Shown: positions 48,970 to 60,066, numbered from the whole stretch's first letter. The stretch is 63,533 bases of DNA, filler included, from Folioceros fuciformis (GCA_049999805.1; 11 parts of 11 records of this genome joined end to end with filler, not necessarily neighbours in it); one strand, 5' to 3'. A program made the numbers and translations. Notes: generated by a model from the letters alone, not told the origin.

Positions 48970-51388
48970 CTAGTAGTCTGCAGGCAATTGTCTGAGCAGG
49001 AATTGAAATGGGACTAGCTCTAGCCTGTCTACTGATGCTTATCATGTGCACACTTCACAGCTGAACCTGGTGTGCAGGGTTCTTCAGTCTTCAACCTTTG
49101 CCTTCCCACCATGGCCGGGGCTCAAAGCCTTCCTGTTCAGATTTCCACTCAAGCCTTCTGTCAGTGTAGTTGTCACTTAGCTCAGTGGAGGAAGCTCTAT
49201 TTCTGATCAAACCGTGAGTAGGTGACAGTAATGCTAAACCAGAACATACATACCTCATACAGTTTCTTCCCGCAGAGGGGGCATAACTTGCTTCTGTAGG
49301 CACATACGCTACAGTCCCGTGTTTCCTTCTCAGCTCCACTCTTCTCCTAAGCTATAGGCTTACTCTGGGCAGCAGCTTTTGCGATTAACTTCAGCCTGCT
49401 GCCTAGCCACTTCTTCGGGCTTCAGGTCAACCAGCTTCTCAACCTCTGCCAGCGTGGCCATAGCTGTCTTCATATACTCTGACAATTCCTGAGTTTTGGA
49501 AGACACAGGGTGTGGCTCACTCAGGCGTAAGGGTTGGCTGTCCACCTCGTCCTCCTCGTCAGTGCTGATTGGGGACAGGGTCGATAGTTGTGACACTGGC
49601 GACTGAAGGGCTCAAGGACTTTGACGATTCAAGCTCCACCACAGGGATCTGGTTGATGAATCCAGGGCGCAGGGTAGGCAGGGGTACGTCCTCGGAGGGA
49701 TTCACGTCAGGAGCTTGGATAGTTTCCCTGACTGGTGATCTCCCTCGTGAGGGACGATTCCTCCGCTGGCTGATCCTCTTCATCTTCTTGGGCTTTGTGT
49801 TGTGGCTGCATCCTCCGTCTTCACCGAGCTGAACCCCAGACCAAGTCTTCATCTTATGCAGTGTTGTGGCTCTCCCACACAGGAAGCAAGCGTAGCGTAT
49901 GAAGGCAAGGATCTGGAGTTCCATGAGAGCGGGGGTAATGAGTAGATTAGCTGAGGCGTAATGTCTGGGCTGTGGGTAGTACTCAATGGGAATCGCTGTT
50001 TTTTAAACCAGTTAGGTTTAAGAGGGGGTGTTGAGGGTTATGTTTAACCCTACCTGGTTTAGGTTACCAGGGTTTATACAACCCTAACTCAAGAGACACA
50101 ATTTTGTTCTTATATACTCTTGTTTAACATTAATTGTATTGTATCATTTTACAAATATCAGCTTCCGCTAGTTTAATAGGCCCTGAGAGTGAAGGTGGCT
50201 GGCAATGCAAGCCATTGAGACGCGCAAGAGGTGCAGCAGCGTAGGCGGCATAGGAAGTAGCAACAGGCGCCACAGGCACAAGAGCGTGTGAGAGGCGCGA
50301 GAGGGAGAGAGACTCAGGAGGAGCAGCAACTACTGGAGGCAACCAGGCCGTGGAAGCCATAGCAAGCCTAGGATTTGCGAGGAGGAAGGCCTGAACTTGG
50401 TAAACAGTGTTCTGATTTTTTTTAATTTTTGAAAGCTTGAGCAAAGGCTGTTTTTGCTTAATGAAGAGTCAGCTGCACATTCCTCACCACAGGGAGGAAA
50501 TAATTGTGGTGGGTGGATTTTAAAAGACGAAGGATAATACTTTTATTACATAATCTCTTGTGATTCTTCTTTCACTCGTACTCTCGGCGTTGTGTCATAA
50601 CGTATCATCGGCTTACGCTTTGGTTTAAAATCCACAAAAGATGTCAAGCGCTTCTACCTCTGAGTCGGGGCTTCTTGGGTCTCCAAGGCTAGGATCAAGA
50701 CCCCCATCACCACCCACACCACCTCTAGGTGGGCAAACCATCAACCCACCACCTTTTGGTGGCCAAGTAGGCAACCCACCGCCTCCACCCCAAGTTGGTA
50801 TCCCCCCACTTCAACCTTACTTCAACATCGTTAGTATCAATACAGACATGTCTTCAAGGAAAAGGATAGATTTAACGGTACGAAGTTTGAGGTGTGGTCA
50901 AAGCGCATGAAGACTATGCTCAACACTCGAGATCTTCTCCCCATTGTGGAGGGAACCATTGCCAAGCCCTCCGCTAATCCAGCTGCCATTGATGCTTGGG
51001 TTCGTCAAGATTGATAGGCTATGCAAATGTTGATCTCTGGCCTCGACAAGGTTACCTTACATCACACTGATGGTGCGTCCACATCTGTTGAAGCTTGGAA
51101 GCAAATCACTGACATCTATCAGTCCACGAATGTGATGACGCTGGTCACGGTACGCCTGGAATTCTATTCTTTGTGCATGGGCCCCAATGACAGCGTTGCT
51201 CAGCACGTTAGCAAGTTTCGATATTTGCGAGCCCAGCTTGCTGCTCTTGGGACAACCATCACCAAATTTGAAGCTACTGTTCAGTTATTGGCTAGCCTCC
51301 TGGCTAGCTACCAGACATTTGTCTCCTCTCAAAACCAAACGGTGAGAAATGCACATCAGGTTGTGCAGTTGGGTATGGTTCCCAACAT

Positions 51389-51488
51389 NNNNNNNNNNNN
51401 NNNNNNNNNNNNNNNNNNNNNNNNNNNNNNNNTTAATTAATTAANNNNNNNNNNNNNNNNNNNNNNNNNNNNNNNNNNNNNNNNNNNN
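51389..51488. other. Artificial contig spacer
   Basis: N44-TTAATTAATTAA-N44. Confidence 0.99.
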
Positions 51489-52302
51489 GGGGAAATGGCA
51501 GCACCAGCAGCGGGACAGCAACGGGGTTGTAGATTGAGGAGGAAATCGGGACAGGGTAGGAGGGGGATGGGAAAAGAAATCGGGAAGAACACGGGGGCAG
51601 GCCTGGCCTTACATCAGCTAAATCCTGCAGCTCGCCTCAGCCTCCTCTCCTGCACATATTTGATCTCATCACCCGTCAATCCCTCCTCCTGCCTACAATC
51701 TAGATCCAAAGAAGAAGAGGCACAAAAAGGTGGGAAGGGAGATGAGAGGGAAGGGGAAGAAGAAGAAGAGGGGGCAAGAAGGGAATGGAGGAGAAAGGGA
51801 GGAAGGGGGAGGGGAGGGGGATGGGGACGGCCGCAACCCCTGCCTCTATAGAGCTCTAGCTAGGGCATGGCCTCCATGGCCGTTCATGCCAGCTAAGCAA
51901 TCAGCCAGCCTATCATCAGACCCTGACCCCTTACATACCCAAATACCCGTTCCTATGTTCAAACCCTTATTTTATTATTATATATTATATAATTATTTGA
52001 TATTATATATCTTTAATTAATATTAAACTAATCATCAGACCTAGACTCAAACTTTCCCAACCCTATGGCCTGGTACTGAACCTAAACCTTCCCAGGTCTG
52101 GGACCAAACCTATACCCACTCTTATAACCAAACCAACTATTTCCTGGTCAATTAACCTAATTAGCACAAAGAAAAATAGGAAAAATGACCAGAAAATTAA
52201 GGAAATTTAGGAAAAATAAGTAGAAAAAGAAAACCAAACCATACCACTATTAACCCTTTTTCAACCAAAACAAACTACTACCCCAAACTTTAGAGGTTCA
52301 CA
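51489..52302 (-). mobile_element. LTR family C fragment inserted in a copia 3' region
   Basis: 52066-52302 matches 35866-36102 with the same terminal base. Confidence 0.75.
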
Positions 52303-52840
52303 GCCACCACCGTTGAAATTCCTGAGTTCATGTCCAAGAATCGAGCTGCTCCAGCTTTGGTGATGGTCATCCCCTCCTTGGTTTCCAGGTTCCGCTTGCG
52401 CCATTCCTCCATGCTGCTGCCTGCCGCTATACTCTTTGTTGTGACGATGCATAGGACTACAAGCGCAAGCTCACTATTTGTCCTCATGGCCACACAACCG
52501 AACATCGTCTGTTCCTCGCGCTTTTGTCCTAGCTTGTCTGGCATGCAGCTCAGCAGCCGCTCATGCTTCGCTTGCCTACCTAAACTTTATGGCACTAAAA
52601 ACCGTAGGTGAGAGCTAACCCTAGACACTGGTTTTAAAAGATCCCGTTATTTTAACCTTATTCGGTTAAGAGGGAGTGTTAGGGTTATTTGGGTAACTTC
52701 AATTAGTTAACCTCACTTGGTCAACGTTAGGGTTACAGTAGTATTTAGGACAATTTTGTATTCTACATTTAATAATAATTCATTATCTTGTGCACTTGTG
52801 TGTTTGGTGTTCAAGAGTTTCCGCTTTATTTATTTACACA
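52303..52840 (+). mobile_element. Copia 3' region, PPT and short 3' LTR (52677-~52840)
   Basis: GGTTAAGAGGGAG then TGTTAGGG...TTTACA(CA); same PPT context as elements Y and Z. Confidence 0.72.
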
Positions 52841-54149
52841 ATACACACATTTATTGGAGTAGGTGGCTAGAAACCACGAGATGCTGAAGGAGAGAAGTGT
52901 CTCCATCCACTACACGCTCCTCTAGCTCGGGTTCTTTAGTTCTTTTCTCCATCCAATGATGTTTAGGCCAATAGTCTTGGAGGTACCTTGAGGTCACCAG
53001 TGTTGGTTAGCAGGTACCTCAAGGGACTCCGTCCCAAGGGTTTACCTTTTTGGCTAATGGCGACCACACCCACCAATGACCTTACGGAGGGGTGAGAACT
53101 TGAAGGGCACTAGGCCAAGTGCTAGAAAACTCGACCATAGCCCCCTCCTGACTAGCTCCTCCAAGACAGTGGCACACATGCTAGCCAAGAGGGGTTCTTT
53201 TGCTCCCCTTCAGAGGAAGGTCCCCTCCGTGGCCAAGAGCCGGGAGAAGTGGCCATGTCTGACTAGAGTGAAGAGCGTTTTATGGACAGAGGCCACTGCT
53301 ACCAATGACGCTCGGCGTTCTTTCAGCTACTTTTATAGCTATCTACGGACACTCCTACAGCACCATGCAAGATGCCAATTACTATCTAAAATTCACACCA
53401 CACCTAGCAGACTACTTATAGAGCCTTGGCCTGCGCTAGGCTTTTAATGAGGAGTGGCATGGTGAGCAGGAAGGCTGCTCATCCACTCTCATTTTGGCTG
53501 AGGAATCCTAGGTCAGTCCTAGAAAATCTTGCCACCAGATTTTCCAAGATGCTGCCTTAATGGCTCACCCTGCCATAGTGAATCGGAGCCACCACCAGCT
53601 CCGAGATGCTTCCTTGATGGCTCACCCTACCACAGTGAGCCGGAGCCACCACCAACGCTATCACCACTAACGGAGGTTCCGAGGAATTCCCTCGTTTTGA
53701 ATTTCCCTTACTGTCTTCCTAGCCCAAGGTAACGTAGTAAAGTTGCGTTTAGCCAACCCAGACACGCTTGACAGCCAGCTCCTTTCAGCACTGCCTTGTT
53801 GAATCTCACAGGCAGTGCTATACATCTTTGGGGCACGCACATCCACACAAGACCCCTCCGCGGGCTCCCATCAGTGAAACACAAAGCTAGCATCCGCCCA
53901 TTCCTAATCTTGACTCTGGTGCGTGGGATCCCGATGGACGCTTGCGTGCTTGAAATATCCATAAGCATATGCCCACAACGATCCGCAAGTCAGCACATCT
54001 TGGAAGCCACCGCGCTCGTGTCTACTTCCCCCGCTCCGGCATGCGCACCGTGATCCTAAGCTCCTTCTCCACCAGCTTGGCCTGGAGCAAGGCGTACAAC
54101 TGCTCCAGAAACTCCCTGATGTGGAAGTCCGACACTTCCATGGTGAACT

Positions 54150-54767
54150 TATAAAATAGAGGAACAGAACATAGAACTTTATTACAGCAGAATACAATCC
54201 AGTTAGAGAGGCAGTATGTCCTTATGAGAGATCCTAGATGAAAGGTTGCACCGCTTGCTATGGTCACACCGCTTAGTGATGCACCACTTGGTGATCCAAG
54301 CCTAACAGCTAACAAACTCCTAATCATTTCTAATACTCCCACTCTAGTAGCTAGTTGGGCCGTAACGAGATCTCCAAAGTGTGCTTCTTTCCAGTGACCT
54401 CCTCAGGTGGTGGACAAACGCTTAGAAGTGCTAAACAAATGTCATGCTTGACCTTCGGCAAGCTTTTAGTCAAAACATCCACAGCCATTAACTCCGTTGG
54501 GCAATACTCCATATTTCTCCACCGGCACATTTCTCATGCACGAAGTGGTACTGAAGGTCGATGTGCTTGGATCTTGAGTGAAACTTTGGATTACCTACAA
54601 GAGCGATTGTAGATTGGTTATCACATTTGATCTCCATAGGACCTGTTTGGGTCTCGCCGAATTCATGCAATAACCGAGCTTTATCTACAACTCTCTTAGT
54701 GGCCAAAGTGGCTCCCATATACTCCAATTCAATTGAGGACAAGGAAATTGCTGTTTGCCTTGCGGAC
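54150..54767 (-). mobile_element. Copia RNase H fragment (54488-54767), PPT (54336-54344) and 3' LTR (~54150-54335)
   Basis: RQTAISLSSIELEY, KCDNQSTIALVGNPKFHSRSKHIDLQYHFV; minus strand GAGTGGGAG then TATTAGAAATG... Confidence 0.8.
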
Positions 54768-54966
54768 TGTGGAGTGATTTCTTGCACCCAAGAACCACCC
54801 AAGGGGCCACACATTCCCCTATTGTCGTTGCAGTCCTATGGTTCCCAAGGGAGTGAACTAGTGCCAAGGAACACTACCTATCACACTTCTACCTATCAGC
54901 CGGTCTATAGGTCTGTCCATACACTCACAACAAAAGGGCTAGAAGCCTAGCCTACCCCCTAAGTCA
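54768..54966 (-). mobile_element. LTR family A-like terminus inserted in copia RNase H
   Basis: TGTGGAGTGATTTCTTGCACCCAAGAACCACC... matches the sequence from 5393 onward. Confidence 0.82.
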
Positions 54967-55066
54967 NNNNNNNNNNNNNNNNNNNNNNNNNNNNNNNNNN
55001 NNNNNNNNNNTTAATTAATTAANNNNNNNNNNNNNNNNNNNNNNNNNNNNNNNNNNNNNNNNNNNN
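54967..55066. other. Artificial contig spacer
   Basis: N44-TTAATTAATTAA-N44. Confidence 0.99.
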
Positions 55067-55067
55067 A

Positions 55068-57020
55068 CGTCCAGCTGTTAGGGCCCTGTATGAAGAGATT
55101 CGGGCGTGGTTCGGCAATGAGCTGATCATGGACGCGGTGCAGTGTGGCTCATATGCACACAGGCTTCGCAGTTACTGGACAAATGTGGCTGGACTGGAGG
55201 TGCTCAGACAGCACAGGAATTTGACAACTCCGAAGCGGAAGGTTGTGGATGATATCCTAGAGTTGGGAAGGTGCTCACAACAAGTGAAGAGGATGGACAA
55301 GTTGCCATTTTACCCTGTGAATCGAGTAGGGGAATCCAGAAGGGCATGGCCAACTCTGGTGAGCACACCGCAATCTTATGCCTTCAGACCAGGAGGAGAT
55401 GGTGTGATTCTGGATTTGAAAGGGAATGAGCTTGGAGAGCTCAATGTTGAGGAACGCGAGCAAGCGATGGGCTTTGCCAAGAAGGACACTCAGACCATGG
55501 GCATCACAGAATCTGCAAGGTGCAGGATGCTCGGACAGGCATTTGACTTGTACAGTCTAAGGTGGCTGGTAAGCACAGGCTTGGCGTTCCAACTTGCAGA
55601 AGCCGAAGGGAAGCGAAGGCCTTTCCTCCAACTACTGCAGGATAAAGAGGTTCCTAAGGCAGAGGAAGACGAGCTGCTACTGTTAGAAGGAGAACTCGTG
55701 AGGAAAGTACCAAGTCATGAGGAAAGAGTGGGCATAGTGACCAAGGTGCACGAAACCCTTGGCCACTTTGGTGTGAAGAGGACACACCACATGCTGAAAA
55801 GCACGTATTTCTGGTCAGGGATGTATGCAGATGTCGAGAAGGTGGTTGCTAAGTGTGCTGCATGTGATGCAGTCAAAGCCCGATTTAACACCCAGGATGT
55901 GGTGTTGCACTCCCTACCAATCAGGGGGCTATTCTTTAGATGGTCGGTTGACCTTATGCCAGAGCTTCCCCTCACAAAGCAAGGTAACCGACATTGCATG
56001 GTCATGATTGAGCATTTCTCTAAGTGGGTTGAAGTAGCGTTCTTGCCACAGAGAACTTCACACTACACTAGCAGAGCGTTTCTGCAGTGTGTGCTCAGCC
56101 GATTTGGGAGCTGCGCGGAAGTGCTCACAGACCAGGGTAACGAGTTTCGAGGTGAATTCCAGACCTTGCTCGACAGGAGTCTCATTGATCACAGGAGGAC
56201 ATCGAGGGATCATCCACAGGCCGATGGCCTGGCAGAAAGGCTAGTGCAGACCTTCAAGGATGCACTAAGGAAATACTGCATTACTGTGGAGCCCAAGTGT
56301 TGGGATGAATTGCTCCCTTACATCGTGTTGGGGTACAGGGTCAGTGTGCAGGCAACTCTTGGAAGTTTCAGTCCATACTTTTTGTTATTCGGACGCAACG
56401 CAGTGTTGCCGAATGTGGTGAAGGACACCTACTCCATCCCTGTTGACTGGAGCAAAGATGCAAATGTGTGCTTGGCACAGGTTCAAGCCAGAGCAGAAGT
56501 ATTTCAAAGAATTCTTCCCATGGCTATGGATAATTTGGCTGTGGCCCAGCATCGGGACCAGCTGAGGTATGCTTATACGCGGGGGGGCTCGTGGAAGCCC
56601 AAAGGCCGCAAGTTTGCATCTGGAGATTACGTGTACTTGCAGCGCAGGCCTGCAAGCACGTTAGCTGTCAGCACAGGAAGGCTTATCCTGCGAGTTGTCC
56701 AGGTTGGTGAGCAAGGTGTGGTTGAACTTGAAGGAAGAGATGGCAGAAGGTGCAAGGAACACATGAAGCACTTGGCTCCATGCCATTTGCCTGATCTGGA
56801 TACACGAACTGTGCCTCAGACCTGGACGCCACCAGCAGATTTGCCCTGTGAGGAGTGTGGACACACAACTGACGACGAATTCATGTTGCTATGTGACAGG
56901 TGTAACCGTGGTTACCATCTGTTTTGCCTCAAACCGGCACTGGACAGTGTTCCAGAAGAAGAATGGCTATGTGAGCACTGTAATGTGCTAAAGTGTGAAC
57001 GTGGCTCTTACAGAAGGTGA
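55068..57020 (+). CDS. Ty3/gypsy pol C-terminus: DNMT3-like C5 DNA methyltransferase (motifs VII-X), integrase and PHD finger; 5'-truncated by contig edge
   Basis: The frame is open from 55068. DNMT part (~55068-55570): MDAVQCGSYAHRLRSYWTN and EEREQAMGF..DT..ESARCRMLGQAF. Integrase: HHCC (VHETLGHFG..CAAC) and DDE (WSVDL, LTDQGNEF, GLAERL). PHD C4-H-C3 at 56847-56981. Confidence 0.9.
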   Translation, partial: RPAVRALYEEIRAWFGNELIMDAVQCGSYAHRLRSYWTNVAGLEVLRQHRNLTTPKRKVVDDILELGRCSQQVKRMDKLPFYPVNRVGESRRAWPTLVSTPQSYAFRPGGDGVILDLKGNELGELNVEEREQAMGFAKKDTQTMGITESARCRMLGQAFDLYSLRWLVSTGLAFQLAEAEGKRRPFLQLLQDKEVPKAEEDELLLLEGELVRKVPSHEERVGIVTKVHETLGHFGVKRTHHMLKSTYFWSGMYADVEKVVAKCAACDAVKARFNTQDVVLHSLPIRGLFFRWSVDLMPELPLTKQGNRHCMVMIEHFSKWVEVAFLPQRTSHYTSRAFLQCVLSRFGSCAEVLTDQGNEFRGEFQTLLDRSLIDHRRTSRDHPQADGLAERLVQTFKDALRKYCITVEPKCWDELLPYIVLGYRVSVQATLGSFSPYFLLFGRNAVLPNVVKDTYSIPVDWSKDANVCLAQVQARAEVFQRILPMAMDNLAVAQHRDQLRYAYTRGGSWKPKGRKFASGDYVYLQRRPASTLAVSTGRLILRVVQVGEQGVVELEGRDGRRCKEHMKHLAPCHLPDLDTRTVPQTWTPPADLPCEECGHTTDDEFMLLCDRCNRGYHLFCLKPALDSVPEEEWLCEHCNVLKCERGSYRR

Positions 57021-57323
57021 TACTGAGGTTGTCTTAAATTCACACACGTTGGAAGCTGAAACAGCAGTTGACAGTCTCTCTGGATTCAAGCTGCCCAGTG
57101 AGATTACGATTACACAGGAGGCACACGAAGACCCATCAGATGATGAGGATCTAGAAGATGACGCCATTCCTCCTCCTCGGTCAGAACCACCGTCAGTGTT
57201 GAACAAGCTACGTTCTCGCTGGTGGGGACGTTGGTAAGTAGTTGTTTGTTTTCCTAGGCCAAGTTGGTCTAAACAATTTTGTGGGAAACCAGGTGGCTAG
57301 GCCTCCAAGTTTCCCAGGGGGGC

Positions 57324-58370
57324 TGTTGACGGGTCCCGGGTCTGCCTCTCTTAGGCAAACCTAGTCTCTTTTTGTAGCCTTGCTCTTGGCCATAGGCCAA
57401 GGACAAATTAAGGCTAGGATTGTTGCTCCTGGGCCGAAGGCCAAGGAGATCGCAGGCAGGCGGAAGCTTAGTGACCTAGCTTGGTAGACAGGCTAGGTAG
57501 GCATGCAGCTATGCGGCTGCTGCGCGACAGCTGTCATGCTGTTGCTGTATGGGAAACAGAGCACCCAAGACTCTATGACTGGATACTGACTAGAGCATCC
57601 TGGGCATAAGCCCTGAATGCTGAAATGACTAGATACTGACTGGAGCATCTCGGGCATAAGCCCTGATGCTGAAGTGCTTGATGATGTCATGTACATGGCC
57701 CATGGATGGCCTGCACATGACATGTATGCCATATATGCATGTGTGCCATGTATGCATGCATATGGAGATGAAGGATGACATGTGATGTATGTGGACATGT
57801 GGCAGGTGATGTGTCATGGCGCATGCAACCTATATGCATGGTTGTGCATGAAAGGCGCGGTGCTATGCCGCATATATAGATAGCAGATTTATATTAGAAG
57901 ATATTAGAAAATACATAAAAATCATAAATCAAGGAAAGTAGGATTATAAAGTGCCCACCATCGATACGGGTGGACACTTCATCGAGAACTCCTGGGGGTT
58001 TTTGCCTATATATGTAGGCACCCAGCCATGGATTCTCGGATTGTTGATGTTTGTCTTGTTCCAATAGACAGCCATACTTCGTCCCTGCTGTGTCTTTGTC
58101 TCCTAGAGGTTCTTGTGGTTCGTTGCATTGCCAGGTTGGGAGAATTTTCCAGCTTGATTTCACCTGTTGACGGGTCCCGGGTCTGCCTCTCTTAGGCAAA
58201 ACTAGTCTCTTTTTGTAGCCTTGCTCTTGGCCATAGGCCAAGGACAAATTAAGGCTAGGATTGTTGCTCCTGGGCCGAAGGCCAAGGAGATCGCAGGCAG
58301 GCGGAAGCTTAGTGACCTAGCTTGGTAGACAGGCTAGGTAGGCATGCAGCTATGCGGCTGCTGCGCGACA
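57324..58370 (+). mobile_element. Terminal repeat region of the DNMT-gypsy element: 206-bp unit A (57324-57529), 635-bp B, 206-bp unit A (58165-58370)
   Basis: PPT-like AGGGGGGC before the first TGTTGAC. Both A units run TG...CA and differ by one substitution by eye. B contains a TATA-like CCTATATATG. Confidence 0.8.
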
Positions 58371-59836
58371 TCTTATTCCAATTCACCTTGCAGCCCGAAA
58401 GTTCACCAAAGACCTTGACCTGTTCGAGAAGCGCTTTTAATGAGGCCTCCTCTGATGAGGAAAAGAGAAGAGTATCATCTGCAAATGCAGATACCCTTAG
58501 TTGTGTCCCATCTGGGTTCACAGCCGGGTCTTGCTTGACTGCTCTGAGAAAGAAGTCAATGACGATAATAAATAAGAACGGAGCAAGGGGGCAACCCTGA
58601 CGTATCGACCGGGAGATTTCGAAACGCTCCGTTAAAGAACCATTGATAGCCACCTTGGCACTTGCGTCTTCACACAAAATGGCTACCCATCTGCAAAAGT
58701 TATTCCCGAAGCCGAAACTATGTAGGCATCGCCACAAGAAGTGCCACTCAACTGAGTCATAGGCCTTGTAGAAGTCAAGGGAAATGAAAACAGTGGCTTT
58801 CTTCTGTACTTGTGCATTGTACTTAGCCTCCCTCAGAAGAAGTAGGTTGTCTAGGATGCACCTATTTTGAATAAACCCTCTGTTCTTTCTCAATCCAATC
58901 ATCAAGAAATAGAGTAATTCAGTTAGCCAGTACCTTAGCAATCACCTTGTACGTGGTAGTGAGCAAGGTAATCGGGCGCCAATTGGAGATTGATAAACTG
59001 GCATCTTGCTTAGGCAGCAGGGAGATAACCCCCATATTGAACCAACTCCCCATGCTACCCTCCTCCCAGAACATATTAACCGCCTCCATGAATAGCGGTA
59101 GCATAAATTCCCACCCCCAGAGCAGAAATTCGGGGGAATACCATCGTGCCCTGGGGATTTATCCCTCGGCATTCCCTTCAGGGCCCAGAACACCTCATCG
59201 GCAGTTATCGGTTGATTCAGAGTCCTGCGTTGGTCTTCGGACACTTTGGCCGAAAACGCACCATATGTCGAAGACCAAAGCCGTTCCCACCCTGCCATCT
59301 TCCCAACACTAGAGAAAATGCCAACAAAGAAGAGGGTAATAAGGGCTTTAAAACCTTCAAGTGACTCTTGCACCACGCCATGCGCGTCTGGGAGGGCCGG
59401 GATTCACATCCTATGCCGGTTAGCGGCCACCTTGTCGAAGAAGAATTTACAGGGGCCATCCCCTCCCTTACCTACTTAACCTTGGCCCGCTTAAACCATC
59501 CTCTTGCCCTATCTTCTTCCAATTTAGCCAAGGCGCACTGCACCTCCGTTTTCCAGGCCTCTTCCGCACTTGTGAAGTCCCGGCCCTCGCAGCTCCTTTG
59601 TAACCAGCCTAGTTCTTCCCTCAAAAACCATTCTTACTGACGTTGTTCTCTTGCTCGTTGAACCCCCCTCCTCTACAGATACCTAGTCGCTTCATTGTTC
59701 GCACACATCAAGTTGATTGCCGTATTCTCTTCTTCCTGTGCAATTCCCTGCCAGATGTTTTTGATATCTTAAAAGACACCTCTCCTTCAGTAAGGAGGTG
59801 TTCATCCAAAAATGTTGCATGTGCCTCCTTGGGCGC
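58371..59836 (-). pseudogene. L1/Tx1-like non-LTR retrotransposon ORF2 fragment (RT), frameshifted and cut at both ends by LTRs
   Basis: KSPGHDGIP, NWRPITLLTTTYKVIAKVLAN, GFIQNRCILDN, LDFYKAYDSVEW, RQGCPLAPFLF, SAFADDT, SGCKVNWNK. Confidence 0.92.
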
Positions 59837-60066
59837 TGTGAACCTCCAAAGTTTGGGGTAGTCGTTTGTTTTGGTTGAAAAAGGGTTAATAGTGGTATGG
59901 TTTGGTTTTCTTTTTCAACTTATTTTCCCTAATTTTTCTTGATTTTCTGGTTATTTTTTCTATTTTTCTTTGTGTTAATTAGGTTAATTGACCAGGAAAT
60001 AGTTGGTTTGGTTATAAGAGTGGGTATAGGTTTGGTCCCAGACCTGGGAAGGTTTAGGTTCGGTAC
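59837..60066 (+). mobile_element. LTR family C terminus inserted in the LINE
   Basis: Starts TGTGAACCTCC; reverse complement of 35873-36102. Confidence 0.82.

Larger units (their letters stand above)
43119..50178 (+). mobile_element. Full-length Ty1/copia element Z (7.06 kb)
   Basis: 150-bp LTRs at 43119-43268 and 50029-50178, identical except at two terminal bases; PBS-iMet 43269-43280; PPT AAGAGGGGG; imperfect TSD GGCCG/GGCCC. Confidence 0.95.
42801..51388 (+). mobile_element. Ty1/copia element W: 5' LTR 42801-43051, PBS-iMet 43052-43064, gag fragment about 50849-51388; contains element Z
   Basis: TGTTAG...TTCAACA then TGGTATCAGAGCC. Gag FKEKDRFNG..FEVW, SVEAWKQITDIYQ and HVSKFRYLRAQL resumes after element Z. 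Confidence 0.85.

Noticed and set aside
52841-54149. Short ORFs and a two-copy ~60-bp repeat between two copia LTRs
   Set aside because: No recognisable motif; probably a decayed TE accessory region, but this cannot be supported from the sequence.
56847-56981. Host chromatin gene containing a PHD finger
   Set aside because: The PHD is in frame with a gypsy integrase, intronless, and followed by a PPT and terminal repeats.
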